Counted from the first letter of the stretch, positions 9,285-18,244 are shown. The stretch: DNA of 31,809 bases from Spirochaetaceae bacterium (GCA_031256815.1 JAIRPU010000029.1:1-31809), one strand, 5' to 3'. A program made the numbers and translations. The notes: generated from the letters alone by a model not told the origin.

Positions 9285-10295
9285 ATGTTTACACGTGAAA
9301 TAAAACCGCCTTTGGCGCGGCCAATTCAGAATGGACGGCCTGTTCAAGGCACATGGACACGCGCTTTCAGGCGGCTCGGAATGACGGGGTTTCGCGTTAA
9401 AGAATGGCAGTCGTTTATTATTCAGAATGATGATGTTTTTTTTGAGGCTATAATCGCAAATTTAAAGTATATTCGTTTTATAGAGATAAGTTTTTTAAAC
9501 AAAAAGAACGGAATGTTAAAATATTATATTGATTACTTCCCTTTTGCGTTTTGGGAACTGCCCGATTCACTTTATGATTCAATAATGGAATATAAAACGC
9601 TTGGATATTCAATTAAGATTCATAATTATTTAAATAAAAACAAGTTTGAATTTATTTTTGAAATTGACCCTTTGGACGATTTAAATGTATTTAAAGCGAA
9701 TTTTATCATTTATGTAGAAGAAAAAAAATGGCTGCCTTTGGTTACCAATCTGCTTTACTCTGAAGACCGCTATCTTGTTTCTTACAAAACGCCCGGAAGG
9801 GTGCTTGGAATTATAAACACGGGCGATGGAGGCCCTTTTGAGCTTTCGCCTGAAAACACGCTTGCTCTTGTGCGCGACAGCAAAGGTTATTTACCGTATA
9901 TTACAAAATTTAATAATGCAAACGGATTTGGTTTTGATAAAACAGGAAAGATAATAGCGTTTAGTTTGAGCGAAAACGCAGCGCGCGGCGCTAAAAAAGA
10001 CAACGAAAACGCGCTTTGGAGCGGCAGCGAGCTTACTCCTCTGCCGCCGGTAATGATAACTCACGAAGAGGGTTTTGAAAAAGACTGGGTAATTGAAGAT
10101 ATAGAAGGAATGATAGATTTAAGTTTTACCCCGCAAAATCAAACCGGTAAAAAAAGTTTTGATATTATTTTAGCAAAAGCTGAACTTGCAAATCCTATAG
10201 GTGTTTTTAATGGAATGATTATGACTAAAGAGGGAGAAAAAATTATTCTGCGAAATCTGCCCGGCTATGTTGAAAGCATATATTTAAGATTTTAA
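9285..10295 (+). CDS. DUF2804-like conserved hypothetical protein
   Basis: 336-aa ORF with KEWQSFII, ENALW..., WVIEDIEGMIDLSFTP and P.G.FNG features reminiscent of DUF2804; recognised from memory. Confidence 0.55.
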   Translation: MFTREIKPPLARPIQNGRPVQGTWTRAFRRLGMTGFRVKEWQSFIIQNDDVFFEAIIANLKYIRFIEISFLNKKNGMLKYYIDYFPFAFWELPDSLYDSIMEYKTLGYSIKIHNYLNKNKFEFIFEIDPLDDLNVFKANFIIYVEEKKWLPLVTNLLYSEDRYLVSYKTPGRVLGIINTGDGGPFELSPENTLALVRDSKGYLPYITKFNNANGFGFDKTGKIIAFSLSENAARGAKKDNENALWSGSELTPLPPVMITHEEGFEKDWVIEDIEGMIDLSFTPQNQTGKKSFDIILAKAELANPIGVFNGMIMTKEGEKIILRNLPGYVESIYLRF

Positions 10296-10307
10296 CTCTA
10301 TAGCAAT

Positions 10308-10340
10308 AAAAAAGCCCCTGCAAAAGGGGCTTTTGTTTTT
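10308..10340. terminator. bidirectional rho-independent terminator
   Basis: AAAAGCCCCT-GCAAA-AGGGGCTTTT (10310-10334) with A-tract and T-tract flanks, between the convergent DUF2804-like gene and flaA. Confidence 0.9.
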
Positions 10341-11065
10341 TACCAGTCGTCGCGAGGGTCGTCCGGGTCTCTGTTGTTTTCTGCAAACAGGTCGGTAACT
10401 ACGCGAAGGTCGTCAAAGTAAGCGTAGTATGTGCCGTAAGCTTCCATTGGGTCAACGTCAATACGGAATCCAACAATACTAATACCTCCACTTGAAGTAT
10501 AGTGAAAGTCGTTTTGAATAATGCCATTATCGCCATTGGCTTGCTGCGGCGGCACGGAAACGGTAAGTTTCTTCCAGCCCTGATAGTTAAGCCGCCCCAT
10601 GTACAGTTCAAAATACTTGCCTCTTGAATCGTTTAGGAGAAGATAAAGCCTGTGGTTATAATTACGCCCCGCAACCCAAACGGATACCGTTTTGGTTATA
10701 CCTTCCACAGATATAGGCCGGGTTGTGGTAATATAAACGCTTGCATTGCCCCTGCGCAAAAAATCTACTTTAACACCCAAAACCTTGTTGTCTGCCATGT
10801 TAAGCGATTCTTCACCCTGGACAGGCTGTTTTGCCATTGGAGCGCCTTCAAAAAGCCTTCCTGAAGAAAAGCCGCTGTCGGTAGAAATATACACCTGCCA
10901 ATAGCCTTCCTGTTCAAACTTATCAACGGAAACTTCCCGCAGTGCCTGCTGCGGAAACCCTCCCGCTTCTGTCTCGGCGTTTGGTTCGCCAACTTCGGGG
11001 GCCTGCTGAGCAAAAGCAAAACCCGCAATAAATATCACCAGTAAAAGTGCGATATATCGTTTCAT
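10340..11065 (-). CDS. flaA: flagellar filament outer layer (sheath) protein FlaA
   Basis: Signal peptide; KVLGVKVDF.RRG, VSVWVAGRNY.HRL, GRLNYQGWKKL.V.VP and Y.YFDDLRVVTDLF are FlaA-family motifs. Confidence 0.9.
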   Translation of the reverse strand: MKRYIALLLVIFIAGFAFAQQAPEVGEPNAETEAGGFPQQALREVSVDKFEQEGYWQVYISTDSGFSSGRLFEGAPMAKQPVQGEESLNMADNKVLGVKVDFLRRGNASVYITTTRPISVEGITKTVSVWVAGRNYNHRLYLLLNDSRGKYFELYMGRLNYQGWKKLTVSVPPQQANGDNGIIQNDFHYTSSGGISIVGFRIDVDPMEAYGTYYAYFDDLRVVTDLFAENNRDPDDPRDDW

Positions 11066-11083
11066 TGTTTTTACCTTCCTTGA

Positions 11084-11917
11084 TTAATTTTCACCGGCTG
11101 TTCCACCGCCGGCGCCCCCGCCTGACCAGAGCTGATTTATCTTCTTGGGGTTAGACAGCTCGTCTCCATCATATATATTATCATATATGTCAGAAAGCAC
11201 TTTTAACTGTGAAAAATACACATAAAACGGCACAATCTTTGTAATTTTACCAGTTTTATCACGCTCTATATCAACATAGGTTCGTTCTTTCGGGTCTGTC
11301 CAGAGCCTTAGTTTAACGAAAGTTGTAGCGTGAGTTGAGCGCGGCGTTATATTGGAAACCATGGGAATACCCGTGGGAACCGCACTGCGAAGATTCTTCC
11401 AGCCAGTATATTTAAGACTGCCAAGCGGAATCGTGTGCATTACACCACGGTTGTCGCGTATGTAAGCTTCAAGTCTATAGTTAAGATTTGAACCCCACAC
11501 CCAAAGGTCAATAAACCGCGTTCTGCCCAAAAGCGGAATTTCCGCCGGCTGCTGATCTGCGTCATCTGAACGTGTAGGATAGATATCTATCCAATTAAAG
11601 CCATTCCGGTCAAATGCGCCCTGAACACCCAGACTCTTTGCTCCGGCATCCCCTGCCTGCCGGGCGATTGCCATTGGCGCGGTAGTTATAACATTAATGA
11701 CGGGAAAAGTCTGCTCAGAAGTTTTTGTGGTAAACTTACTCGCCACAGCTTTCCAGGTGTAGCGATACTCCTCGCCGTCAACTACATAGGGAGTTCCATC
11801 GAATTTATCAAGAATCCGGGACTCCATTTCAACGGTTCCAGCATCACCAAACGCTGGTAACCGAACCAAATTTGCTAAGACAATACCGAAAACGGCCAGC
11901 AAATTGCCTTTTTTCAT
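11084..11917 (-). CDS. flaA: flagellar filament outer layer (sheath) protein FlaA paralogue
   Basis: Signal peptide; SLGVQGAFDRNG.NW..IYP, IDLWVWGSN.NYRLEAY.RD, GSLKYTGWKNL and YVYFSQLKVLSD; AGGAG RBS. Confidence 0.88.
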   Translation of the reverse strand: MKKGNLLAVFGIVLANLVRLPAFGDAGTVEMESRILDKFDGTPYVVDGEEYRYTWKAVASKFTTKTSEQTFPVINVITTAPMAIARQAGDAGAKSLGVQGAFDRNGFNWIDIYPTRSDDADQQPAEIPLLGRTRFIDLWVWGSNLNYRLEAYIRDNRGVMHTIPLGSLKYTGWKNLRSAVPTGIPMVSNITPRSTHATTFVKLRLWTDPKERTYVDIERDKTGKITKIVPFYVYFSQLKVLSDIYDNIYDGDELSNPKKINQLWSGGGAGGGTAGEN

Positions 11918-11962
11918 ACGGTTCTCCTTCCTCTGCTCTCCTTAAAGAGAAATCACTTGGTT

Positions 11963-11991
11963 AGTATAGCAGTCAAATACTATTCTGTCAA
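11963..11991 (-). promoter_or_regulatory. sigma70 promoter of the flaA operon
   Basis: Minus strand TTGACA, 17 bp, TATACT (near consensus). Confidence 0.8.
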
Positions 11992-12092
11992 ATCCATTTT
12001 TATTAACAGAATCAATTCATTATCGGTTTTTTTTGTTTTTTTGTAAAGTGCCTTGTACGTCATCAATTTCTGCAAATTTTCCGGCGGGGGGC

Positions 12093-12122
12093 TTAACATT
12101 TTTTTGCGTTTATTGTTACAAT
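12093..12122 (+). promoter_or_regulatory. sigma70-type promoter upstream of the TPP riboswitch
   Basis: TTAACA (12093-98), 18 bp, TACAAT (12117-22) with TGn extended -10. Confidence 0.5.
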
Positions 12123-12127
12123 AAAAC

Positions 12128-12203
12128 AATCGGGGTGTCGTGGTTTTACACGTCTGAGATTATACCCGTTGAACCTGATGCGGATAATGCCGCCGGAGGG
12201 AGC
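12128..12203 (+). ncRNA. TPP (THI-box) riboswitch
   Basis: Conserved GGGGTG...CTGAGA..ATACCC...GAACCTGAT.CGGATAATGCC.CCGGAGGGA, directly upstream of a thiamine-binding protein gene. Confidence 0.95.
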
Positions 12204-12205
12204 AA

Positions 12206-13213
12206 ATGAAAAAAGCTCATATTTTATTTATTGTTTTAATCGTCTTCGTGTTTTGCGCTTGTTCAAAAAAAGAAAGCGCTTCTTCGGGAACAAAGCTTGT
12301 AATCTGGACTTACGATTCATTTACAAGCGAATGGGGGCCGGGAGCGGCCATTGCGCGTAACTTTAAAGAAGAAAGCGGATTTGAAATTCAATGGGAAAGC
12401 GCGGGAGACGCCGGTTCTCTACTTGCGCGCCTTCTTCTTGAAGGCAGCGGGGCAAATGCGGACATTGTTCTTGGGTTAGACCAAAATCTTGCGCCGCGCG
12501 CGTTAAAATCGGGTCTTTTTGAGGCCTATATACCCAAAAATGCAAAAAATTTAATTGCGGACATAGGTTTTAATGGCGATTTTAGATTAATTCCTTATGA
12601 TTACAGTTATTTTGCGCTGATTTACGACAGCGAAAAAATAGAGGCCCCGCCGTCAAATTTAGAGGCGCTTTGCGATGCCAAATATAAACAAAAACTCATT
12701 TTAATGGACCCGCGCACCTCCTCGCCGGGGCTTGGTTTTTTTGTTTGGACAAAGGCAATTTATGGGAATCAATGGCAGGACTACTGGAAGCGGCTGCTGC
12801 CCTCCGTGCTTACAATAGCCGCCGGCTGGGATGAAGGTTACGGGCTTTTTACCAAAGGAGAAGCGCCGCTGGTGCTTTCCTATACGACAAGTCCAGCCTA
12901 TCATGCCGAATACGAAAAAAGCACGCGCTACAAAGCGGCGCTTTTTAAGGATGGGCATCCATTACAAACAGAGTTTGCCGGACTTCTGGTAAACGCCAAA
13001 GCAAAAGAGGCGGCAAAACAGTTTCTTGAATTTATGTTGAGCAGGGGTTTCCAAAAAGAAATTCCTCTTGGAAACTGGATGTATCCTGTTATAGATATTG
13101 AACTGCCGGTTTCGTTTAATGAGGCTCCAAAACCGGCAAAGGCAATTTCATCCGCGCCGGTTTCGGATGAAGAAATTAACGCATGGGCAGAACTTGTTCG
13201 CTCGGCGCGTTGA
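12206..13213 (+). CDS. thiB: thiamine ABC transporter substrate-binding lipoprotein
   Basis: Lipobox (FCAC); WTYDSF.SEWGPG, ADIVLGLD, PYDY.YFAL+YD, DPRTSSPGLGF, LVLSYTTSPAY and NWMYPV; TPP riboswitch upstream. Confidence 0.93.
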   Translation: MKKAHILFIVLIVFVFCACSKKESASSGTKLVIWTYDSFTSEWGPGAAIARNFKEESGFEIQWESAGDAGSLLARLLLEGSGANADIVLGLDQNLAPRALKSGLFEAYIPKNAKNLIADIGFNGDFRLIPYDYSYFALIYDSEKIEAPPSNLEALCDAKYKQKLILMDPRTSSPGLGFFVWTKAIYGNQWQDYWKRLLPSVLTIAAGWDEGYGLFTKGEAPLVLSYTTSPAYHAEYEKSTRYKAALFKDGHPLQTEFAGLLVNAKAKEAAKQFLEFMLSRGFQKEIPLGNWMYPVIDIELPVSFNEAPKPAKAISSAPVSDEEINAWAELVRSAR

Positions 13214-13225
13214 ATTTTAACTGAA

Positions 13226-13597
13226 TTATAATTCTGCGACAGCCTCGATTTCGCAAAGCGCGTTTTTTGGCAGCGCTTTAACGGCAAAGCAGGAACGCGC
13301 CGGTTTTCCGGTAAAATGTTTGGCATAAACTTCGTTGAATGCGGCAAAATCGGCCATATCGGCAAGAAAACAAGTTGTTTTTATAACTTTTGCAAGTGAA
13401 GAACCGCCCGCTTCCAGTACCGCTTTAAGGTTTTTTATGCACTGCTCGGCCTGTTCCGCCGCTGTTTTTCCTACAATGTCTCCAGATTTGGGACAAAGCG
13501 GAATTTGTCCGGAAGTCCAAAGCAGATTTCCAACAACAAAGCCTTGCGAATAAGGCCCAATTGCGGCAGGCGCCGCGTCTGTTTGAATGAGTTTCAT
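13226..13597 (-). CDS. ridA: RidA/YjgF/YER057c family enamine/imine deaminase
   Basis: APAAIGPYSQG, TSGQIP, FAAFNEVY..F...PARS (catalytic Arg) and LPK..LCEIEA. Confidence 0.9.
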   Translation of the reverse strand: MKLIQTDAAPAAIGPYSQGFVVGNLLWTSGQIPLCPKSGDIVGKTAAEQAEQCIKNLKAVLEAGGSSLAKVIKTTCFLADMADFAAFNEVYAKHFTGKPARSCFAVKALPKNALCEIEAVAEL

Positions 13598-13621
13598 AAT
13601 ATTGTCCTCTTAAAAAATAAT

Positions 13622-13658
13622 TTTTGTTCAGTATAATACTAAACTTTTGTTCAGTCAA
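13622..13658 (-). promoter_or_regulatory. sigma70 promoter of the ridA gene overlapped by 11-bp direct repeats
   Basis: Minus strand TTGACT, 17 bp, TATACT; ACTGAACAAAA occurs twice (plus-strand 13645-55 and 13622-32). Confidence 0.75.
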
Positions 13659-13823
13659 GTAATGTTTATTGGGTTTTGGGCGCATTTTTGCCGGTTTAAA
13701 TCCTGGCCGGATGATTTGGAATCAAAAAAATAAAGTGGAACCGGACGCGGATAGGGCAGTTATGCAAAATATGCCGCCTGATATAAAATTTCTATTGGTC
13801 GTTGACACGGTTTCTGCAAAAAC

Positions 13824-13852
13824 TTGACCGGCTATAAAAGAACGGCTATAGT
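13824..13852 (+). promoter_or_regulatory. sigma70 promoter of the URO-D family gene
   Basis: TTGACC, 17 bp, TATAGT; AAGGAG RBS before ATG 13923. Confidence 0.7.
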
Positions 13853-13922
13853 GTCAGTTATCCTTTCAATTCGATGGTAAACTGGTATTGCGGCGCAAAA
13901 TAAAGCCGCGAAGGAGAATATT

Positions 13923-14912
13923 ATGCTGAACAGGCGGGAATTGGTACAGAAAGTTCTGCGGAACGAAAGCGCGGAACGGGTGCCTGCCGGATTTTGGTTC
14001 CACTTTATTGAAAATCCAGAAGGAGCAGACGCTCTTAAAAATCCTGATTTTTTTGCGGCGAACATTGCGGGACACAGAAAGTTTTACACAGATTTTAAGC
14101 CGGATTTTGTAAAGATAATGAGCGACGGGTTCTTTATCTATCCTAACGAGGTATTTTTGACGGCAAAAACACCGTCCGATTTTAACCGGGTAAAGCCATT
14201 GGGCAAAAATCACCCGTGGGTGGAAAAACAGGCGGAACTTGTGAGCAAGGTAACTTCGATTTTTAAGGGCGAAGTTATGAGTTTTTACAATCTTTTCGCG
14301 CCGGCAACCTTGTTCAAGATTCTGCACCCCGGAGACCCCGCAACCGCGCGTGTGCTTGCGGGACTTATCAACGAAGACAAGCGCGCCGCGCGAAACGCGC
14401 TTAATGTTGTTGCAGAAGATATAGCGCAGGTTGCGCGGCGGGTAATAAGCGAGGGCGGCGCGGACGGCATCTATTACAGCACGCAGGATGCAGCCGGACT
14501 GAACGGCGCGGCGCGGGACGAGGCAGTGCGCCCTTCGGACGAGGCGGTGCTTAAGGCGGCAGGCGAGCTTAGCAAATTCAACATACTGCACATTTGCGGT
14601 TACGAGGGGCATCGCAACGAACTGGCGCGTTACGCCGACTATCCTGCGCAGATTTTTAACTGGGCGGCTGCAGTGGAAGGCGTTACGCCTGGCGAAGGCA
14701 AAAAGCTTTTTGGCGGGAAGCCTGTAATCGGTGGTTTTGGAAACACAAAAAACGATGTGTTGTATAAAGGCAGCCGAGAGGAAGTAGAGGCGGAAACCGC
14801 GAAAATTCTTGCCGAAGCCGGGCGCACCGGGCTGATTCTGGGGGCGGACTGCACTGTGCCTTCAGACATCAATTACGAGCGCCTTGAATGGGTGCGTTCG
14901 GCAGGCTTTTAA
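13923..14912 (+). CDS. uroporphyrinogen decarboxylase (URO-D)/MtaA-CmuA family protein
   Basis: RVPAGFW.HF, PDFVKIM.DG, ADGIYYS, ILHICG and ILGADC.VP. This is the divergent URO-D-like type; true HemE activity is not supported. Confidence 0.85.
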   Translation: MLNRRELVQKVLRNESAERVPAGFWFHFIENPEGADALKNPDFFAANIAGHRKFYTDFKPDFVKIMSDGFFIYPNEVFLTAKTPSDFNRVKPLGKNHPWVEKQAELVSKVTSIFKGEVMSFYNLFAPATLFKILHPGDPATARVLAGLINEDKRAARNALNVVAEDIAQVARRVISEGGADGIYYSTQDAAGLNGAARDEAVRPSDEAVLKAAGELSKFNILHICGYEGHRNELARYADYPAQIFNWAAAVEGVTPGEGKKLFGGKPVIGGFGNTKNDVLYKGSREEVEAETAKILAEAGRTGLILGADCTVPSDINYERLEWVRSAGF

Positions 14913-15110
14913 GCGCCCGGGCCTGCATGGACGGCCGCCGGCTGGCCACCGCGCAGACCACTGCCAGCCGGCCGGTCACCGCACAGGCCGGCCCCCGCGC
15001 GTATCGCGCAGTCCGCCGCCAGCCGTCACACCGCACAGACGCTGGCTGGCCGCGCGTATCGCGGTGACCACCGCACAGGCCGGCCTTAACCGGCAGTCCG
15101 CGAAAAATCG
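14913..15110. repeat. GC-rich mosaic of short repeated modules between convergent genes
   Basis: CACCGCRCAG at 14947, 14977, 15029 and 15069 (CACCGCACAGGCCGGCC exact at 14977 and 15069); CCGCGCGTATCGCG at 14995 and 15050. Confidence 0.85.
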
Positions 15111-16592
15111 CTAGTATACGCTTGCGCTGCTTTTGGGAACCCAGCCGGACGACCCGTTTGCCGCTTCCACATAAAGCCAGTTGCCTGAAGCGGAGCGCAG
15201 CAAAACAGGAGTTCCCCGGGCAAATGACGAGCTTCCTGCCGCGCCTTGTTCGGGCAAGTCGTAAATCAGCGTTTTATCAAGCACGGCGCGGCGGCCGGAT
15301 TCAAGTTTTCCGGCAATTATTCCACCGGCCGCAAAAAGGCACAGCGCCGCCCCAAGTATAAAACGTTTTTTTCTAAACCTTAGCGGCTTGTCCAAAATCA
15401 ACCGGACTATCAAATTTGCAGCGCATAGAACAACAATCAGTAAGCCTAAAATGCCAAAAGCGGCAAAAAGGCGCGGCGGCAGCCAAACTTCGTTGTGAAG
15501 CGCGGGTAAATCAAGCGCTTCTTCACATTCCCGCCTAAAAGCGGCAATGGCCGCGCCGGCAATAAAATCGCGTTCGGCTTTACGCAGCACAGACAAACAA
15601 AGCGCATAATTGCCTGTTTCCCATAAAGCGCGCGCGCGTTCTGTTAAGGCCAAACATTTTGCCCCGTCAAAAAAACCAGGCAAGCCAAAACTTTTTTGCG
15701 ATGGAAACTCAGGCGTCTTTACTACCTCTCCGGCTTCGGATTCCGGTAAAGGCTCAAAAAACACCTTGTTATCAAGCGTTTCTTCCTGCGCGCCGGCTTT
15801 TCGCGCCGCGCCTGCTACAGAAAGTTTTAATTCTGGAACAACAATATGCCAATCTTTATAGCGCACTGTTCTTGCTTCAAGCCGCACTTCATTGCCGCTT
15901 ATTGGCAGGACACCGAGTCTCAGCACGGTGCCGCGCAGCTCTTCCTGTTTGGAAATGGGAAGCGTTTCAACAATCGCATTACGCGGAGCCGCAACCGGAA
16001 TTTTTAGCTCATGCGGATACTTGATTCCGGATTCAGTTTCTTTAACCCGCAGCATGGCTATACCGGTTTCGTTTACGCGGACAGAAGAGGCTCCCGCCCA
16101 AACAAACTCCGGCGGAACTTCGCTGTTTTTATCTTTAACCACCACAAGCTGTAAAGGCAAAGTATTTATTGAATATTGCGGAGAAGTTATAGTCCATGAA
16201 CCAAGCGTAAATTGCCCTTCCTTTGCCGCTACAAGGGTAATTTTAAGCTCCGTCCATTTATGGCTGTCGTCATCTTCTTCTTCAGAATTTTCAGAAAGCC
16301 GCGTTCTTTTTCTGGGAACATCAACTATATGCAAAGAGGAACTTAATCTTTCAAAAAAAAACTCTTCGTTAAACGGAGGCGGGTCTATAACGACCTCACC
16401 CGGATTTGGATGATTAACAAGTATGCTTATTGTAAAAGGCTTTAGCTCTACAATATCGTTGTTTTCAAGCTCGACCAGCGCCTTTAGCGGCTCGCGGATT
16501 TTTAGCGGCGCACCGCCGGCCTGCGCCATTAAAGCAAACGGCAGCATAAAAAAAATCATTTTAAAAACAATTAATGTCCGGCACGGCTTCAT
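15111..16592 (-). CDS. exported/membrane protein with BatD-like N-terminal region, two TM segments and C-terminal SH3-like domain
   Basis: Signal peptide; beta-rich N-terminus with G.FTLGSWTI; hydrophobic segments near aa 375-430; C-terminal GNWLYVE..NGSSGWVPK SH3b-like motif. Confidence 0.55.
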   Translation of the reverse strand: MKPCRTLIVFKMIFFMLPFALMAQAGGAPLKIREPLKALVELENNDIVELKPFTISILVNHPNPGEVVIDPPPFNEEFFFERLSSSLHIVDVPRKRTRLSENSEEEDDDSHKWTELKITLVAAKEGQFTLGSWTITSPQYSINTLPLQLVVVKDKNSEVPPEFVWAGASSVRVNETGIAMLRVKETESGIKYPHELKIPVAAPRNAIVETLPISKQEELRGTVLRLGVLPISGNEVRLEARTVRYKDWHIVVPELKLSVAGAARKAGAQEETLDNKVFFEPLPESEAGEVVKTPEFPSQKSFGLPGFFDGAKCLALTERARALWETGNYALCLSVLRKAERDFIAGAAIAAFRRECEEALDLPALHNEVWLPPRLFAAFGILGLLIVVLCAANLIVRLILDKPLRFRKKRFILGAALCLFAAGGIIAGKLESGRRAVLDKTLIYDLPEQGAAGSSSFARGTPVLLRSASGNWLYVEAANGSSGWVPKSSASVY

Positions 16593-17653
16593 TTTTTTTG
16601 CGCCTCCAAAGCGCGCTTAAGCTGAATATAAGGGTCGCTCTTGTTGTTCAGTGTTTTTGCCGCCGCTATGAATTCAGGCAAATTGCTGCCTGCGCTTTCG
16701 TAAAGCGATTTAAGGCGATCATCTCCTTCGTGATACAACCTGTACAGTTCAAGATATGCATTGTTGATTTTCATTTTTCCTGCAAAACGGTATTGGTTTG
16801 TTTTAAAAACAGAATCGTATTCATCCAAAAAACGCTGCTGCGAAGCATTGATTATTTCTTCCTTGCGCCGCAGTTTTTCTTCACGCGGAATATCCATTGA
16901 ATAAAGCGATTCCAATTCTGTTATAATTGACTTTATATAAAATACAAACATTTTGTTATCACGCTCGTTTTTAGCAAGCGCCGTGTACGCCTCTGAATCT
17001 GCTCCGTATTTTTTTTCTATATAAAGCCTTGCGCCTTCCGTTCCAATAAATTCGGCAATTTCTTCGTTAAACTGCGCGTTGCTTTTTAAAAAGAGCGTAG
17101 CATGAAACGATTCGTGTATTATAAGGTCGGCAAGACGCGCTTCGGAATATTCACGCATAAACGAATACAACGGGTCATTAAACCAGCCCAATGTGCTAAA
17201 CGCATCTACAGGCCGCGCTATAACATCAAGCCCCTTTTTTTTAAGCCGAAGCGCTTCGTGTTTTGCATCTTCAATATTAAAAAAACCTTTATACGGCACG
17301 CTGCCAACCACCGGAAACCACCATTGATGCCGTTTAAAACTGTCTTTTGCAGAAGCGGATACAATCGACGCAAGATAGTCCCTATCCAGACTAACATATT
17401 TTGTATAATTTTTTGTGGCGCTAAGCGAAAGTTCTTCCAGGGTAAAACGCCTTATATCGTTTACATGGCTGACAAACAATGCGGCATCTTCATCTTCATT
17501 TGCAATGGATTCAAGAGGCACTGCGCGGTTTAAATAACCAATAAGGGTTATTCCCTGTTTAAGCGTCCAGCAGGCCTGAAACATAATCGAAAGGCTGCCG
17601 ATAACAACGGCGGCAAGCGCCGCCGGAAGTATGCAATAAAAAAAATGCTTCAT
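16589..17653 (-). CDS. putative zinc aminopeptidase (DUF2265-like)
   Basis: WWFPVVGSVPYKGFF, AFSTLGWFNDPL and IIHESFH (HExxH)...FNEEIAEF. Confidence 0.85.
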   Translation of the reverse strand: MKHFFYCILPAALAAVVIGSLSIMFQACWTLKQGITLIGYLNRAVPLESIANEDEDAALFVSHVNDIRRFTLEELSLSATKNYTKYVSLDRDYLASIVSASAKDSFKRHQWWFPVVGSVPYKGFFNIEDAKHEALRLKKKGLDVIARPVDAFSTLGWFNDPLYSFMREYSEARLADLIIHESFHATLFLKSNAQFNEEIAEFIGTEGARLYIEKKYGADSEAYTALAKNERDNKMFVFYIKSIITELESLYSMDIPREEKLRRKEEIINASQQRFLDEYDSVFKTNQYRFAGKMKINNAYLELYRLYHEGDDRLKSLYESAGSNLPEFIAAAKTLNNKSDPYIQLKRALEAQKK

Positions 17654-18243
17654 TTTGCAAATAACTTTATGCAGCTTTCAAAATTAGAAAGCGCTGAGCG
17701 CAGATTCTCTTTTTTTAGTACGGCAAGCTCAAGCACAGCGGCTTCAATAAACGAAAAAATAATTTCGTTTACCGTATGTACTTTAACTGCCCGCAGCTCG
17801 CCGGAATTTATTCCATCTATTACTATTACCGCTATTTTACGCCTAAAACGAATTGTACGCCGGCTTATATAATATTTTATACTTGATGTATCTGTGTCTT
17901 TGTAATTGTTTACAATAAAGTTTAAAATCACAATTAGCAGCTTGCGGTTTTTTTCCAGCCTTGTAAATACGGCGCGTATAATTAAAATAAGTTTTTCTAC
18001 AGCGGACTTTGCCCTGTCTATGCCGGTTATATCTTCTTCCAGATGACCCAAAAAATGTTTTATGCTAAAATGAAACAATTCCAGCTTGTCTTTAAAATAC
18101 TGATACAGTATTGTGCGGGTAACACGGGCACGGTCGGCTATCTTTTGGAATGTAGCGCTCTCAAATCCAACTTCTATAAAAACATCCAGCGCGTTTTCTA
18201 TTATTCCTTCGCGCCGCTCGTCATGTTCAACAAAACGCGCCAT
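17650..18243 (-). CDS. TetR/AcrR family transcriptional regulator
   Basis: IIENALDVF.E.GFESATFQKIADRARVTRTILYQYFKDK N-terminal HTH. Confidence 0.92.
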   Translation of the reverse strand: MARFVEHDERREGIIENALDVFIEVGFESATFQKIADRARVTRTILYQYFKDKLELFHFSIKHFLGHLEEDITGIDRAKSAVEKLILIIRAVFTRLEKNRKLLIVILNFIVNNYKDTDTSSIKYYISRRTIRFRRKIAVIVIDGINSGELRAVKVHTVNEIIFSFIEAAVLELAVLKKENLRSALSNFESCIKLFAK

Positions 18244-18244
18244 T

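Noticed and set aside
13866-14612. Long antisense ORF (248 aa), and similar shadow ORFs such as 1666..2103, 15892..16413, 23468..23968 and 30896..31285
   Set aside because: They lie antisense or out of frame to well-supported genes and show no recognisable motifs.
14913-15110. CRISPR array
   Set aside because: Repeats are only 10-17 bp, spacing is irregular (30, 52, 40 bp), the intervening sequences are themselves repetitive, and there are no cas genes or AT-rich leader.
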